Shown here: in pieces, positions 1-15,000 of the stretch | How positions within the stretch are numbered: the first letter of the stretch is position 1 | How the letters are laid out: every line of letters starts with the position of its first letter | Program-made: the position numbers and the translations under genes | The notes under the pieces: generated by a model | What the model was told of the DNA's origin: nothing | Seen by the model: only the letters and a program-made list of their open reading frames with translations | Databases searched by the model: none | Source: Nemertoderma westbladi | Lineage: Eukaryota > Animalia > Xenacoelomorpha | Reading direction: 5' to 3' | Assembly (NCBI GenBank): GCA_032718475.1 | Contig: JAUCBJ010001674.1 | Coordinates: 21,368 to 85,367 of the forward strand | DNA length: 64,000 nt

Positions 1-3000
1 TGTTGATAGGCTAAATGTTAATGTTGATAGGCTAAATGTTAATGTTGATAGGCTAAATGTTAATGTTGATAGGCTAAATGTAAATGTTGATAGGCTCAAT
101 GTTAATGTTGATAGGCTAAATGTTAATGTTGATAGGCTAAATGTAAATGTTGATAGGCTAAATGTAAATGTTGATAGGCTAAATGTTAATGTTGATAGGC
201 TAAATGTTAATGTTGATAGGCTAAATGTAAATGTTGATGTTATGTTGATAGGCTAAATGTTAATGTTGATAGGCTAAATGTTAATGTTGATAGGCTAAAT
301 GTAAATGTTGATAGGCTAAATGTAAATGTTGATAGGCTAAATGTAAATGTTGATAGGCTAAATGTTAATGTTGATGTTATGTTGATAGGCTAAATGTTAA
401 TGTTGATAGGCTAAATGTAAATGTTGATAGGCTAAATGTTAATGTTGATAGGCTAAATGTTAATGTTGATAGGCTAAATGTTAATGTTGATAGGCTAAAT
501 GTTAATGTTGATAGGCTAAATGTTAATGTTGATAGGCTAAATGTAAATGTTGATAGGCTAAATGTTAATGTTGATAGGCTAAATGTAAATGTTGATAGGC
601 TAAATGTAAATGTTGATAGGCTAAATGTTAATGTTGATAGGCTAAATGTAAATGTTGATAGGCTAAATGTAAATGTTGATAGGCTAAATGTTAATGTTGA
701 TGTTATGTTGATAGGCTAAATGTTAATGTTGATAGGCTAAATGTAAATGTTGATAGGCTAAATGTTAATGTTGATAGGCTAAATGTTAATGTTGATAGGC
801 TAAATGTTAATGTTGATAGGCTAAATGTTAATGTTGATAGGCTAAATGTTAATGTTGATAGGCTAAATGTAAATGTTGATAGGCTAAATGTTAATGTTGA
901 TAGGCTAAATGTTAATGTTGATAGGCTAAATGTAAATGTTGATAGGCTAAATGTTAATGTTGATAGGCTAAATGTAAATGTTGATAGGCTAAATGTTAAT
1001 GTTGATAGGCTAAATGTTAATGTTGATGTTATGTTGATAGGCTAAATGTTAATGTTGATAGGCTAAATGTAAATGTTGATAGGCTAAATGTTAATGTTGA
1101 TAGGCTAAATGTAAATGTTGATAGGCTAAATGTTAATGTTGATAGGCTAAATGTTAATGTTGATAGGCTAAATGTAAATGTTGATAGGCTAAATGTTAAT
1201 GTTGATAGGCTAAATGTTAATGTTGATAGGCTAAATGTTAATGTTGATAGGCTAAATGTTAATGTTGATAGGCTAAATGTTAATGTTGATAGGCTAAATG
1301 TAAATGTTGATAGGCTCAATGTTAATGTTGATAGGCTAAATGTTAATGTTGATAGGCTAAATGTAAATGTTGATAGGCTAAATGTAAATGTTGATAGGCT
1401 AAATGTTAATGTTGATAGGCTAAATGTTAATGTTGATAGGCTAAATGTAAATGTTGATGTTATGTTGATAGGCTAAATGTTAATGTTGATAGGCTAAATG
1501 TTAATGTTGATAGGCTAAATGTAAATGTTGATAGGCTAAATGTAAATGTTGATAGGCTAAATGTAAATGTTGATAGGCTAAATGTTAATGTTGATGTTAT
1601 GTTGATAGGCTAAATGTTAATGTTGATAGGCTAAATGTTAATGTTGATAGGCTAAATGTTAATGTTGATAGGCTAAATGTTAATGTTGATAGGCTAAATG
1701 TTAATGTTGATAGGCTAAATGTAAATGTTGATAGGCTAAATGTAAATGTTGATAGGCTAAATGTTAATGTTGATGTTATGTTGATAGGCTAAATGTTAAT
1801 GTTGATAGGCTAAATGTTAATGTTGATAGGCTAAATGTAAATGTTGATAGGCTAAATGTTAATGTTGATAGGCTAAATGTTAATGTTGATAGGCTAAATG
1901 TTAATGTTGATAGGCTAAATGTAAATGTTGATAGGCTAAATGTTAATGTTGATAGGCTAAATGTTAATGTTGATAGGCTAAATGTAAATGTTGATAGGCT
2001 AAATGTTAATGTTGATAGGCTAAATGTTAATGTTGATAGGCTAAATGTAATGTTGATAGGCTAAATGTTAATGTTGATAGGCTAAATGTTAATGTTGATA
2101 GGCTAAATGTTAATGTTGATAGGCTAAATGTTAATGTTGATAGGCTAAATGTTAATGTTGATAGGCTAAATGTAAATGTTGATAGGCCAATGTTAATGTT
2201 GATAGGCTAAATGTTAATGTTGATAGGCTAAATGTAAATGTTGATAGGCTAAATGTAAATGTTGATAGGCTAAATGTTAATATTGATAGGCTAAATGTTA
2301 ATGTTGATAGGCTAAATGTAAATGTTGATAGGCTAAATGTTAATGTTGATAGGCTAAATGTTAATGTTGATAGGCTAAATGTTAATGTTGATAGGCTAAA
2401 TGTTAATGTTGATAGGCTAAATGTAAATGTTGATAGGCTAAATGTTAATGTTGATAGGCTAAATGTTAATGTTGATAGGCTAAATGTAAATGTTGATAGG
2501 CTAAATGTAAATGTTGATAGGCTAAATGTTAATGTTGATAGGCTAAATGTTAATGTTGATAGGCTAAATGTAAATGTTGATAGGCTAAATGTTAATGTTG
2601 ATAGGCTAAATGTTAATGTTGATAGGCTAAATGTAAATGTTGATAGGCTAAATGTTAATGTTGATAGGCTAAATGTTAATGTTGATAGGCTAAATGTTAA
2701 TGTTGATAGGCTAAATGTTAATGTTGATAGGCTAAATGTTAATGTTGATAGGCTAAATGTAAATGTTGATAGGCTAAATGTTAATGTTGATAGGCTAAAT
2801 GTTAATGTTGATAGGCTAAATGTAAATGTTGATAGGCTAAATGTAAATGTTGATAGGCTAAATGTTAATGTTGATAGGCTAAATGTTAATGTTGATAGGC
2901 TAAATGTAAATGTTGATGTTATGTTGATAGGCTAAATGTTAATGTTGATAGGCTAAATGTTAATGTTGATAGGCTAAATGTAAATGTTGATAGGCTAAAT

Positions 3001-6000
3001 GTAAATGTTGATAGGCTAAATGTAAATGTTGATAGGCTAAATGTTAATGTTGATGTTATGTTGATAGGCTAAATGTTAATGTTGATAGGCTAAATGTAAA
3101 TGTTGATAGGCTAAATGTTAATGTTGATAGGCTAAATGTTAATGTTGATAGGCTAAATGTTAATGTTGATAGGCTAAATGTTAATGTTGATAGGCTAAAT
3201 GTTAATGTTGATAGGCTAAATGTAAATGTTGATAGGCTAAATGTTAATGTTGATAGGCTAAATGTTAATGTTGATAGGCTAAATGTAAATGTTGATAGGC
3301 TAAATGTTAATGTTGATAGGCTAAATGTAAATGTTGATAGGCTAAATGTAAATGTTGATAGGCTAAATGTTAATGTTGATGTTATGTTGATAGGCTAAAT
3401 GTTAATGTTGATAGGCTAAATGTAAATGTTGATAGGCTAAATGTTAATGTTGATAGGCTAAATGTTAATGTTGATAGGCTAAATGTTAATGTTGATAGGC
3501 TAAATGTTAATGTTGATAGGCTAAATGTTAATGTTGATAGGCTAAATGTAAATGTTGATAGGCTAAATGTTAATGTTGATAGGCTAAATGTTAATGTTGA
3601 TAGGCTAAATGTAAATGTTGATAGGCTAAATGTTAATGTTGATAGGCTAAATGTTAATGTTGATAGGCTAAATGTTAATGTTGATAGGCTAAATGTTAAT
3701 GTTGATGTTATGTTGATAGGCTAAATGTTAATGTTGATAGGCTAAATGTAAATGTTGATAGGCTAAATGTTAATGTTGATAGGCTAAATGTAAATGTTGA
3801 TAGGCTAAATGTTAATGTTGATAGGCTAAATGTTAATGTTGATAGGCTAAATGTAAATGTTGATAGGCTAAATGTTAATGTTGATAGGCTAAATGTTAAT
3901 GTTGATAGGCTAAATGTTAATGTTGATAGGCTAAATGTTAATGTTGATAGGCTAAATGTTAATGTTGATAGGCTAAATGTAAATGTTGATAGGCTAAATG
4001 TTAATGTTGATAGGCTAAATGTTAATGTTGATAGGCTAAATGTAAATGTTGATAGGCTAAATGTAAATGTTGATAGGCTAAATGTTAATGTTGATAGGCT
4101 AAATGTTAATGTTGATAGGCTAAATGTAATGTTGATGTTATGTTGATAGGCTAAATGTTAATGTTGATAGGCTAAATGTTAATGTTGATAGGCTAAATGT
4201 AAATGTTGATAGGCTAAATGTAAATGTTGATAGGCTAAATGTAAATGTTGATAGGCTAAATGTTAATGTTGATGTTATGTTGATAGGCTAAATGTTAATG
4301 TTGATAGGCTAAATGTTAATGTTGATAGGCTAAATGTTAATGTTGATAGGCTAAATGTTAATGTTGATAGGCTAAATGTAAATGTTGATAGGCTAAATGT
4401 AAATGTTGATAGGCTAAATGTTAATGTTGATGTTATGTTGATAGGCTAAATGTTAATGTTGATAGGCTAAATGTTAATGTTGATAGGCTAAATGTAAATG
4501 TTGATAGGCTAAATGTTAATGTTGATAGGCTAAATGTTAATGTTGATAGGCTAAATGTTAATGTTGATAGGCTAAATGTAAATGTTGATAGGCTAAATGT
4601 TAATGTTGATAGGCTAAATGTTAATGTTGATAGGCTAAATGTAAATGTTGATAGGCTAAATGTAAATGTTGATAGGCTAAATGTTAATGTTGATAGGCTA
4701 AATGTTAATGTTGATAGGCTAAATGTAATGTTGATAGGCTAAATGTTAATGTTGATAGGCTAAATGTTAATGTTGATAGGCTAAATGTTAATGTTGATAG
4801 GCTAAATGTTAATGTTGATAGGCTAAATGTTAATGTTGATAGGCTAAATGTAAATGTTGATAGGCTAAATGTTAATGTTGATAGGCTAAATGTTAATGTT
4901 GATAGGCTAAATGTAAATGTTGATAGGCTAAATGTAAATGTTGATAGGCTAAATGTTAATGTTGATAGGCTAAATGTTAATGTTGATAGGCTAAATGTAA
5001 ATGTTGATAGGCTAAATGTTAATGTTGATAGGCTAAATGTTAATGTTGATAGGCTAAATGTTAATGTTGATAGGCTAAATGTTAATGTTGATAGGCTAAA
5101 TGTTAATGTTGATAGGCTAAATGTTAATGTTGATAGGCTAAATGTTAATGTTGATAGGCTAAATGTTAATGTTGATAGGCTAAATGTAAATGTTGATAGG
5201 CTAAATGTTAATGTTGATAGGCTAAATGTTAATGTTGATAGGCTAAATGTTAATGTTGATAGGCTAAATGTAAATGTTGATAGGCTAAATGTTAATGTTG
5301 ATAGGCTAAATGTAAATGTTGATAGGCTAAATGTTAATGTTGATGTTATGTTGATAGGCTAAATGTTAATGTTGATAGGCTAAATGTTAATGTTGATAGG
5401 CTAAATGTTAATGTTGATAGGCTAAATGTTAATGTTGATAGGCTAAATGTAAATGTTGATAGGCTAAATGTAAATGTTGATAGGCTAAATGTTAATGTTG
5501 ATGTTATGTTGATAGGCTAAATGTAAATGTTGATAGGCTAAATGTTAATGTTGATAGGCTAAATGTAAATGTTGATAGGCTAAATGTTAATGTTGATAGG
5601 CTAAATGTTAATGTTGATAGGCTAAATGTTAATGTTGATAGGCTAAATGTAAATGTTGATAGGCCAATGTTAATGTTGATAGGCTAAATGTTAATGTTGA
5701 TAGGCTAAATGTAAATGTTGATAGGCTAAATGTAAATGTTGATAGGCTAAATGTTAATATTGATAGGCTAAATGTTAATGTTGATAGGCTAAATGTAATG
5801 TTGATAGGCTAAATGTTAATGTTGATAGGCTAAATGTTAATGTTGATAGGCTAAATGTTAATGTTGATAGGCTAAATGTTAATGTTGATAGGCTAAATGT
5901 TAATGTTGATAGGCTAAATGTAAATGTTGATAGGCTAATGTTAATGTTGATAGGCTAAATGTTAATGTTGATAGGCTAAATGTAAATGTTGATAGGCTAA

Positions 6001-9000
6001 ATGTAAATGTTGATAGGCTAAATGTTAATGTTGATAGGCTAAATGTTAATGTTGATAGGCTAAATGTAAATGTTGATAGGCTAAATGTTAATGTTGATAG
6101 GCTAAATGTTAATGTTGATAGGCTAAATGTAAATGTTGATAGGCTAAATGTTAATGTTGATAGGCTAAATGTTAATGTTGATAGGCTAAATGTTAATGTT
6201 GATAGGCTAAATGTTAATGTTGATAGGCTAAATGTTAATGTTGATAGGCTAAATGTAAATGTTGATAGGCCAATGTTAATGTTGATAGGCTAAATGTTAA
6301 TGTTGATAGGCTAAATGTAAATGTTGATAGGCTAAATGTAAATGTTGATAGGCTAAATGTTAATGTTGATAGGCTAAATGTTAATGTTGATAGGCTAAAT
6401 GTAAATGTTGATGTTATGTTGATAGGCTAAATGTTAATGTTGATAGGCTAAATGTTAATGTTGATAGGCTAAATGTAAATGTTGATAGGCTAAATGTAAA
6501 TGTTGATAGGCTAAATGTAAATGTTGATAGGCTAAATGTTAATGTTGATGTTATGTTGATAGGCTAAATGTTAATGTTGATGTTATGTTGATAGGCTAAA
6601 TGTTAATGTTGATAGGCTAAATGTAAATGTTGATAGGCTAAATGTTAATGTTGATAGGCTAAATGTTAATGTTGATAGGCTAAATGTTAATGTTGATAGG
6701 CTAAATGTTAATGTTGATAGGCTAAATGTTAATGTTGATAGGCTAAATGTAAATGTTGATAGGCTAAATGTTAATGTTGATAGGCTAAATGTAAATGTTG
6801 ATAGGCTAAATGTAAATGTTGATAGGCTAAATGTTAATGTTGATAGGCTAAATGTAAATGTTGATAGGCTAAATGTAAATGTTGATAGGCTAAATGTTAA
6901 TGTTGATGTTATGTTGATAGGCTAAATGTTAATGTTGATAGGCTAAATGTAAATGTTGATAGGCTAAATGTTAATGTTGATAGGCTAAATGTTAATGTTG
7001 ATAGGCTAAATGTTAATGTTGATAGGCTAAATGTTAATGTTGATAGGCTAAATGTTAATGTTGATAGGCTAAATGTAAATGTTGATAGGCTAAATGTTAA
7101 TGTTGATAGGCTAAATGTTAATGTTGATAGGCTAAATGTAAATGTTGATAGGCTAAATGTTAATGTTGATAGGCTAAATGTAAATGTTGATAGGCTAAAT
7201 GTTAATGTTGATAGGCTAAATGTTAATGTTGATGTTATGTTGATAGGCTAAATGTTAATGTTGATAGGCTAAATGTAAATGTTGATAGGCTAAATGTTAA
7301 TGTTGATAGGCTAAATGTAAATGTTGATAGGCTAAATGTTAATGTTGATAGGCTAAATGTTAATGTTGATAGGCTAAATGTAAATGTTGATAGGCTAAAT
7401 GTTAATGTTGATAGGCTAAATGTTAATGTTGATAGGCTAAATGTTAATGTTGATAGGCTAAATGTTAATGTTGATAGGCTAAATGTTAATGTTGATAGGC
7501 TAAATGTAAATGTTGATAGGCTCAATGTTAATGTTGATAGGCTAAATGTTAATGTTGATAGGCTAAATGTTAATGTTGATAGGCTAAATGTAAATGTTGA
7601 TAGGCTAAATGTTAATGTTGATAGGCTAAATGTTAATGTTGATAGGCTAAATGTAAATGTTGATGTTATGTTGATAGGCTAAATGTTAATGTTGATAGGC
7701 TAAATGTTAATGTTGATAGGCTAAATGTAAATGTTGATAGGCTAAATGTAAATGTTGATAGGCTAAATGTAAATGTTGATAGGCTAAATGTTAATGTTGA
7801 TGTTATGTTGATAGGCTAAATGTTAATGTTGATAGGCTAAATGTTAATGTTGATAGGCTAAATGTTAATGTTGATAGGCTAAATGTTAATGTTGATAGGC
7901 TAAATGTAAATGTTGATAGGCTAAATGTAAATGTTGATAGGCTAAATGTTAATGTTGATAGGCTAAATGTAAATGTTGATAGGCTAAATGTTAATGTTGA
8001 TAGGCTAAATGTAAATGTTGATAGGCTAAATGTTAATGTTGATAGGCTAAATGTTAATGTTGATAGGCTAAATGTTAATGTTGATAGGCTAAATGTAAAT
8101 GTTGATAGGCCAATGTTAATGTTGATAGGCTAAATGTTAATGTTGATAGGCTAAATGTAAATGTTGATAGGCTAAATGTAAATGTTGATAGGCTAAATGT
8201 TAATATTGATAGGCTAAATGTTAATGTTGATAGGCTAAATGTAAATGTTGATAGGCTAAATGTTAATGTTGATAGGCTAAATGTTAATGTTGATAGGCTA
8301 AATGTTAATGTTGATAGGCTAAATGTTAATGTTGATAGGCTAAATGTTAATGTTGATAGGCTAAATGTAAATGTTGATAGGCCAATGTTAATGTTGATAG
8401 GCTAAATGTTAATGTTGATAGGCTAAATGTAAATGTTGATAGGCTAAATGTAAATGTTGATAGGCTAAATGTTAATATTGATAGGCTAAATGTTAATGTT
8501 GATAGGCTAAATGTAAATGTTGATGTTATGTTGATAGGCTAAATGTTAATGTTGATAGGCTAAATGTTAATGTTGATAGGCTAAATGTAAATGTTGATAG
8601 GCTAAATGTAAATGTTGATAGGCTAAATGTAAATGTTGATAGGCTAAATGTTAATGTTGATGTTATGTTGATAGGCTAAATGTTAATGTTGATAGGCTAA
8701 ATGTAAATGTTGATAGGCTAAATGTTAATGTTGATAGGCTAAATGTTAATGTTGATAGGCTAAATGTTAATGTTGATAGGCTAAATGTTAATGTTGATAG
8801 GCTAAATGTTAATGTTGATAGGCTAAATGTAAATGTTGATAGGCTAAATGTTAATGTTGATAGGCTAAATGTAAATGTTGATAGGCTAAATGTAAATGTT
8901 GATAGGCTAAATGTTAATGTTGATAGGCTAAATGTTAATGTTGATAGGCTAAATGTTAATGTTGATAGGCTAAATGTTAATGTTGATAGGCTAAATGTAA

Positions 9001-12000
9001 ATGTTGATGTTATGTTGATAGGCTAAATGTTAATGTTGATGTTATGTTGATAGGCTAAATGTAAATGTTGATAGGCTAAATGTAAATGTTGATAGGCTAA
9101 ATGTTAATGTTGATAGGCTAAATGTTAATGTTGATAGGCTAAATGTTAATGTTGATAGGCTAAATGTAAATGTTGATAGGCTAAATGTAAATGTTGATAG
9201 GCTAAATGTTAATGTTGATAGGCTAAATGTTAATGTTGATAGGCTAAATGTTAATGTTGATAGGCTAAATGTTAATGTTGATGTTATGTTGATAGGCTAA
9301 ATGTAATGTTGATAGGCTAAATGTTAATGTTGATGTTATGTTGATAGGCTAAATGTAAATGTTGATAGGCTAAATGTTAATGTTGATAGGCTAAATGTTA
9401 ATGTTGATGTTATGTTGATAGGCTAAATGTTAATGTTGATAGGCTAAATGTTAATGTTGATAGGCTAAATGTAAATGTTGATAGGCTAAATGTAAATGTT
9501 GATAGACTAAATGTTAATGTTGATGTTATGTTGATAGGCTAAATGTTAATGTTGATAGGCTAAATGTTAATGTTGATAGGCTAAATGTTAATGTTGATAG
9601 GCTAAATGTTAATGTTGATAGGCTAAATGTTAATGTTGATAGGCTAAATGTAAATGTTGATAGGCCAATGTTAATGTTGATAGGCTAAATGTTAATGTTG
9701 ATAGGCTAAATGTTAATGTTGATAGGCTAAATGTAAATGTTGATAGGCTAAATGTTAATATTGATAGGCTAAATGTTAATGTTGATAGGCTAAATGTAAA
9801 TGTTGATGTTATGTTGATAGGCTAAATGTTAATGTTGATAGGCTAAATGTTAATGTTGATAGGCTAAATGTAAATGTTGATAGGCTAAATGTAAATGTTG
9901 ATAGGCTAAATGTAAATGTTGATAGGCTAAATGTTAATGTTGATGTTATGTTGATAGGCTAAATGTTAATGTTGATAGGCTAAATGTTAATGTTGATAGG
10001 CTAAATGTTAATGTTGATAGGCTATATGTTAATATTGATAGGCTAAATGTAAATGTTGATAGGCTAAATGTAAATGTTGATAGACTAAATGTTAATGTTG
10101 ATGTTATGTTGATAGGCTAAATGTAAATGTTGATAGGCTAAATGTTAATGTTGATAGGCTAAATGTAAATGTTGATAGGCTAAATGTTAATGTTGATAGG
10201 CTAAATGTTAATGTTGATAGGCTAAATGTTAATGTTGATAGGCTAAATGTAAATGTTGATAGGCCAATGTTAATGTTGATAGGCTAAATGTTAATGTTGA
10301 TAGGCTAAATGTAAATGTTGATAGGCTAAATGTAAATGTTGATAGGCTAAATGTTAATATTGATAGGCTAAATGTTAATGTTGATAGGCTAAATGTAAAT
10401 GTTGATAGGCTAAATGTTAATGTTGATAGGCTAAATGTTAATGTTGATAGGCTAAATGTTAATGTTGATAGGCTAAATGTTAATGTTGATAGGCTAAATG
10501 TTAATGTTGATAGGCTAAATGTAAATGTTGATAGGCCAATGTTAATGTTGATAGGCTAAATGTTAATGTTGATAGGCTAAATGTAAATGTTGATAGGCTA
10601 AATGTAAATGTTGATAGGCTAAATGTTAATATTGATAGGCTAAATGTTAATGTAGATAGGCTAAATGTAAATGTTGATGTTATGTTGATAGGCTAAATGT
10701 TAATGTTGATAGGCTAAATGTTAATGTTGATAGGCTAAATGTAAATGTTGATAGGCTAAATGTAAATGTTGATAGGCTAAATGTAAATGTTGATAGGCTA
10801 AATGTTAATGTTGATGTTATGTTGATAGGCTAAATGTTAATGTTGATAGGCTAAATGTAAATGTTGATAGGCTAAATGTTAATGTTGATAGGCTAAATGT
10901 TAATGTTGATAGGCTAAATGTTAATGTTGATAGGCTAAATGTTAATGTTGATAGGCTAAATGTTAATGTTGATAGGCTAAATGTAAATGTTGATAGGCTA
11001 AATGTTAATGTTGATAGGCTAAATGTAAATGTTGATAGGCTAAATGTAAATGATGATAGGCTAAATGTTAATATTGATAGGCTAAATGTTAATGTTGATA
11101 GGCTAAATGTTAATGTTGATAGGCTAAATGTTAATGTTGATAGGCTAAATGTAAATGTTGATGTTATGTTGATAGGCTAAATGTTAATGTTGATGTTATG
11201 TTGATAGGCTAAATGTAAATGTTGATAGGCTAAATGTAAATGTTGATAGGCTAAATGTTAATGTTGATAGGCTAAATGTTAATGTTGATAGGCTAAATGT
11301 TAATGTTGATAGGCTAAATGTAAATGTTGATAGGCTAAATGTAAATGTTGATAGGCTAAATGTTAATATTGATAGGCTAAATGTTAATGTTGATAGGCTA
11401 AATGTTAATGTTGATAGGCTAAATGTTAATGTTGATGTTATGTTGATAGGCTAAATGTAATTGTTGATAGGCTAAATGTTAATGTTGATGTTATGTTGAT
11501 AGGCTAAATGTAAATGTTGATAGGCTAAATGTTAATGTTGATAGGCTAAATGTTAATGTTGATGTTATGTTGATAGGCTAAATGTTAATGTTGATAGGCT
11601 ATATGTTAATATTGATAGGCTAAATGTAAATGTTGATAGGCTAAATGTAAATGTTGATAGACTAAATGTTAATGTTGATGTTATGTTGATAGGCTAAATG
11701 TTAATGTTGATAGGCTAAATGTAAATGTTGATAGGCTAAATGTAAATGTTGATAGACTAAATGTTAATGTTGATGTTATGTTGATAGGCTAAATGTTAAT
11801 ATTGATAGGCTAAATGTTAATGTTGATAGGCTAAATGTTAATGTTGATAGGCTAAATTTTAATGTTGATGTTATGTTGATAGGCTAAATGTTAATGTTGA
11901 TGTTATGTTGATAGGCTAAATGTTAATGTTGATAGGCTATATGTTAATATTGATAGGCTAAATGTAAATGTTGATAGGCTAAATGTAAATGTTGATAGAC

Positions 12001-15000
12001 TAAATGTTAATGTTGATGTTATGTTGATAGGCTAAATGTTAATGTTGATAGGCTAAATGTAAATGTTGATAGGCTAAATGTAAATGTTGATAGACTAAAT
12101 GTTAATGTTGATGTTATGTTGATAGGCTAAATGTTAATATTGATAGGCTAAATGTTAATGTTGATAGGCTAAATGTTAATGTTGATAGGCTAAATTTTAA
12201 TGTTGATGTTATGTTGATAGGCTAAATGTAAATGTTGATAGGCTAAATGTTAATGTTGATGTTATGTTGATAGGCTAAATGTAAATGTTGATAGGCTGAA
12301 GGTTTATGTTGATAGGCTAAATGTTAATGTTGATGTTATGTTGATAGGCTAAATGTTAATGTTGATAGGCTATATGTTAATATTGATAGGCTAAATGTAA
12401 ATGTTGATAGGCTAAATGTAAATGTTGATAGGCTAAATGTAAATGTTGATAGGCTAAATGTAAATGTTGATAGGCTAAATGTAAATGTTGATAGACTAAA
12501 TGTTAATGTTGATGTTATGTTGATAGGCTAAATGTTAATGTTGATAGGCTAAATGTAAATGTTGATAGGATAAATGTTAATGTTGATAGGCTAAATTTTA
12601 ATGTTGATAGGCTAAATGTTAATGTTGATAGGCTAAATGTTAATGTTGAATGTTGATGTTATGTTGATAGGCTAAATGTTAATGTTGATAGGCTAAATGT
12701 AAATGTTGATAGGCTAAATGTTAATGTTGATAGGCTAAATGTAAATGTTGATAGGCTAAATGTTAATGTTGATAGGCTAAATGTTAATGTTGATAGGCTA
12801 AATGAAATGTTGAAAGGATAAATGTTAATGTTGATAGGCTAAATGTAAATGTTGATGTTATGTTGATAGGCTAAATGTAAATGTTGATAGGCTAAATGTT
12901 AATGTTGATAGGCTAAATGTTAATGTTGATGTTATGTTGATAGGCTAAATGTTAATGTTGATAGGCTAAATGTAAATGTTGATAGGCTAAATGTTAATGT
13001 TGATAGGCTAAATGTTAATGTTGATAGGCTAAATGTTAATGTTGATAGGCTAAATGTTAATGTTGATAGGATAAATGTTAATTTTGATAGGCTAAATGTA
13101 AATGTTGATAGGCTAAATGTTAATGTTGATAGGCTAAATGTTAATGTTGATAGGCTAAATGTTAATGTTGATAGGCTAAATGTTAATGTTGATAGGCTAA
13201 ATGTAAATGTTGAATGTTGATGTTATGGTGATAGGCTAAATGTTAATGTTGATAGGCTAAATGTAAATGTTGATAGGCTAAATGTTAATGTTGATAGGCT
13301 AAATGTAAATGTTGATAGGCTAAATGTTAATGTTGATAGGCTAAATGTTAATGTTGATAGGCTAAATGTAAATGTTGATAGGCTAAATGTTAATGTTGAT
13401 AGGCTAAACGTAAATGTTGATGTTATGTTGATAGGCTAAATGTAAATGTTGATAGGCTAAATGTTAATGTTGATAGGCTAAATTTTAATGTTGATGTTAT
13501 GTTGATAGGCTAAATGTTAATGTTGATGTTATGTTGATAGGCTAAATGTTAATGTTGATAGGCTATATGTTAATATTGATAGGCTAAATGTAAATGTTGA
13601 TAGGCTAAATGTAAATGTTGATAGACTAAATGTTAATGTTGATGTTATGTTGATAGGCTAAATGTTAATGTTGATAGGCTAAATGTAAATGTTGATAGGC
13701 TAAATGTAAATGTTGATAGGCTAAATGTTAATGTTGATGTTATGTTGATAGGCTAAATGTTAATATTGATAGGCTAAATGTTAATGTTGATAGGCTAAAT
13801 GTTAATGTTGATAGGCTAAATTTTAATGTTGATGTTATGTTGATAGGCTAAATGTAAATGTTGATAGGCTAAATGTTAATGTTGATGTTATGTTGATAGG
13901 CTAAATGTAAATGTTGATAGGCTAAATGTTTATGTTGATAGGCTAAATGTTAATGTTGATGTTATGTTGATAGGCTAAATGTTAATGTTGATAGGCTATA
14001 TGTTAATATTGATAGGCTAAATGTAAATGTTGATAGGCTAAATGTAAATGTTGATAGGCTAAATGTAAATGTTGATAGGCTAAATGTAAATGTTGATAGG
14101 CTAAATGTTAATGTTGATAGGCTAAATGTTAATGTTGATAGGCTAAATGTAAATGTTGATGTTATGTTGATAGGCTAAATGTTAATGTTGATAGGCTAAA
14201 TGTTAATGTTGATAGGCTAAATGTAAATGTTGATAGGCTAAATGTAAATGTTGATAGGCTAAATGTAAATGTTGATAGGCTAAATGTTAATGTTGATGTT
14301 ATGTTGATAGGCTAAATGTTAATGTTGATAGGCTAAATGTAAATGTTGATAGGCTAAATGTTAATGTTGATAGGCTAAATGTTAATGTTGATAGGCTAAA
14401 TGTTAATGTTGATAGGCTAAATGTTAATGTTGATAGGCTAAATGTTAATGTTGATGTTATGTTGATAGGCTAAATGTTAATGTTGATAGGCTAAATGTTA
14501 ATGTTGATAGGCTAAATGTTAATGTTGATAGGCTAAATGTTAATGTTGATAGGCTAAATGTTAATGTTGATAGGCTAAATGTTAATGTTGATATGTTGAA
14601 TGTTAATGTTGATAGGCTAAATGTTAATGTTGATAGGCTAAATGTAAATGTTGATAGGCTAAATGTTAATGTTGATAGGCTAAATGTAAATGTTGATAGG
14701 CTAAATGTTAATGTTGATAGGCTAAATGTTAATGTTGATAGGCTAAATGTAAATGTTGATAGGCTAAATGTTAATGTTGATAGGCTAAATGTAAATGTTG
14801 ATGTTATGTTGATAGGCTAAATGTAAATGTTGATAGGCTAAATGTTAATGTTGATGTTATGTTGATAGGCTAAATGTTAATGTTGATAGGCTAAATGTTA
14901 ATGTTGATAGGCTAAATGTTAATGTTGATAGGCTAAATGTTAATGTTGATAGGCTAAATGTTAATGTTGATAGGATAAATGTTAATGTTGATAGGCTAAA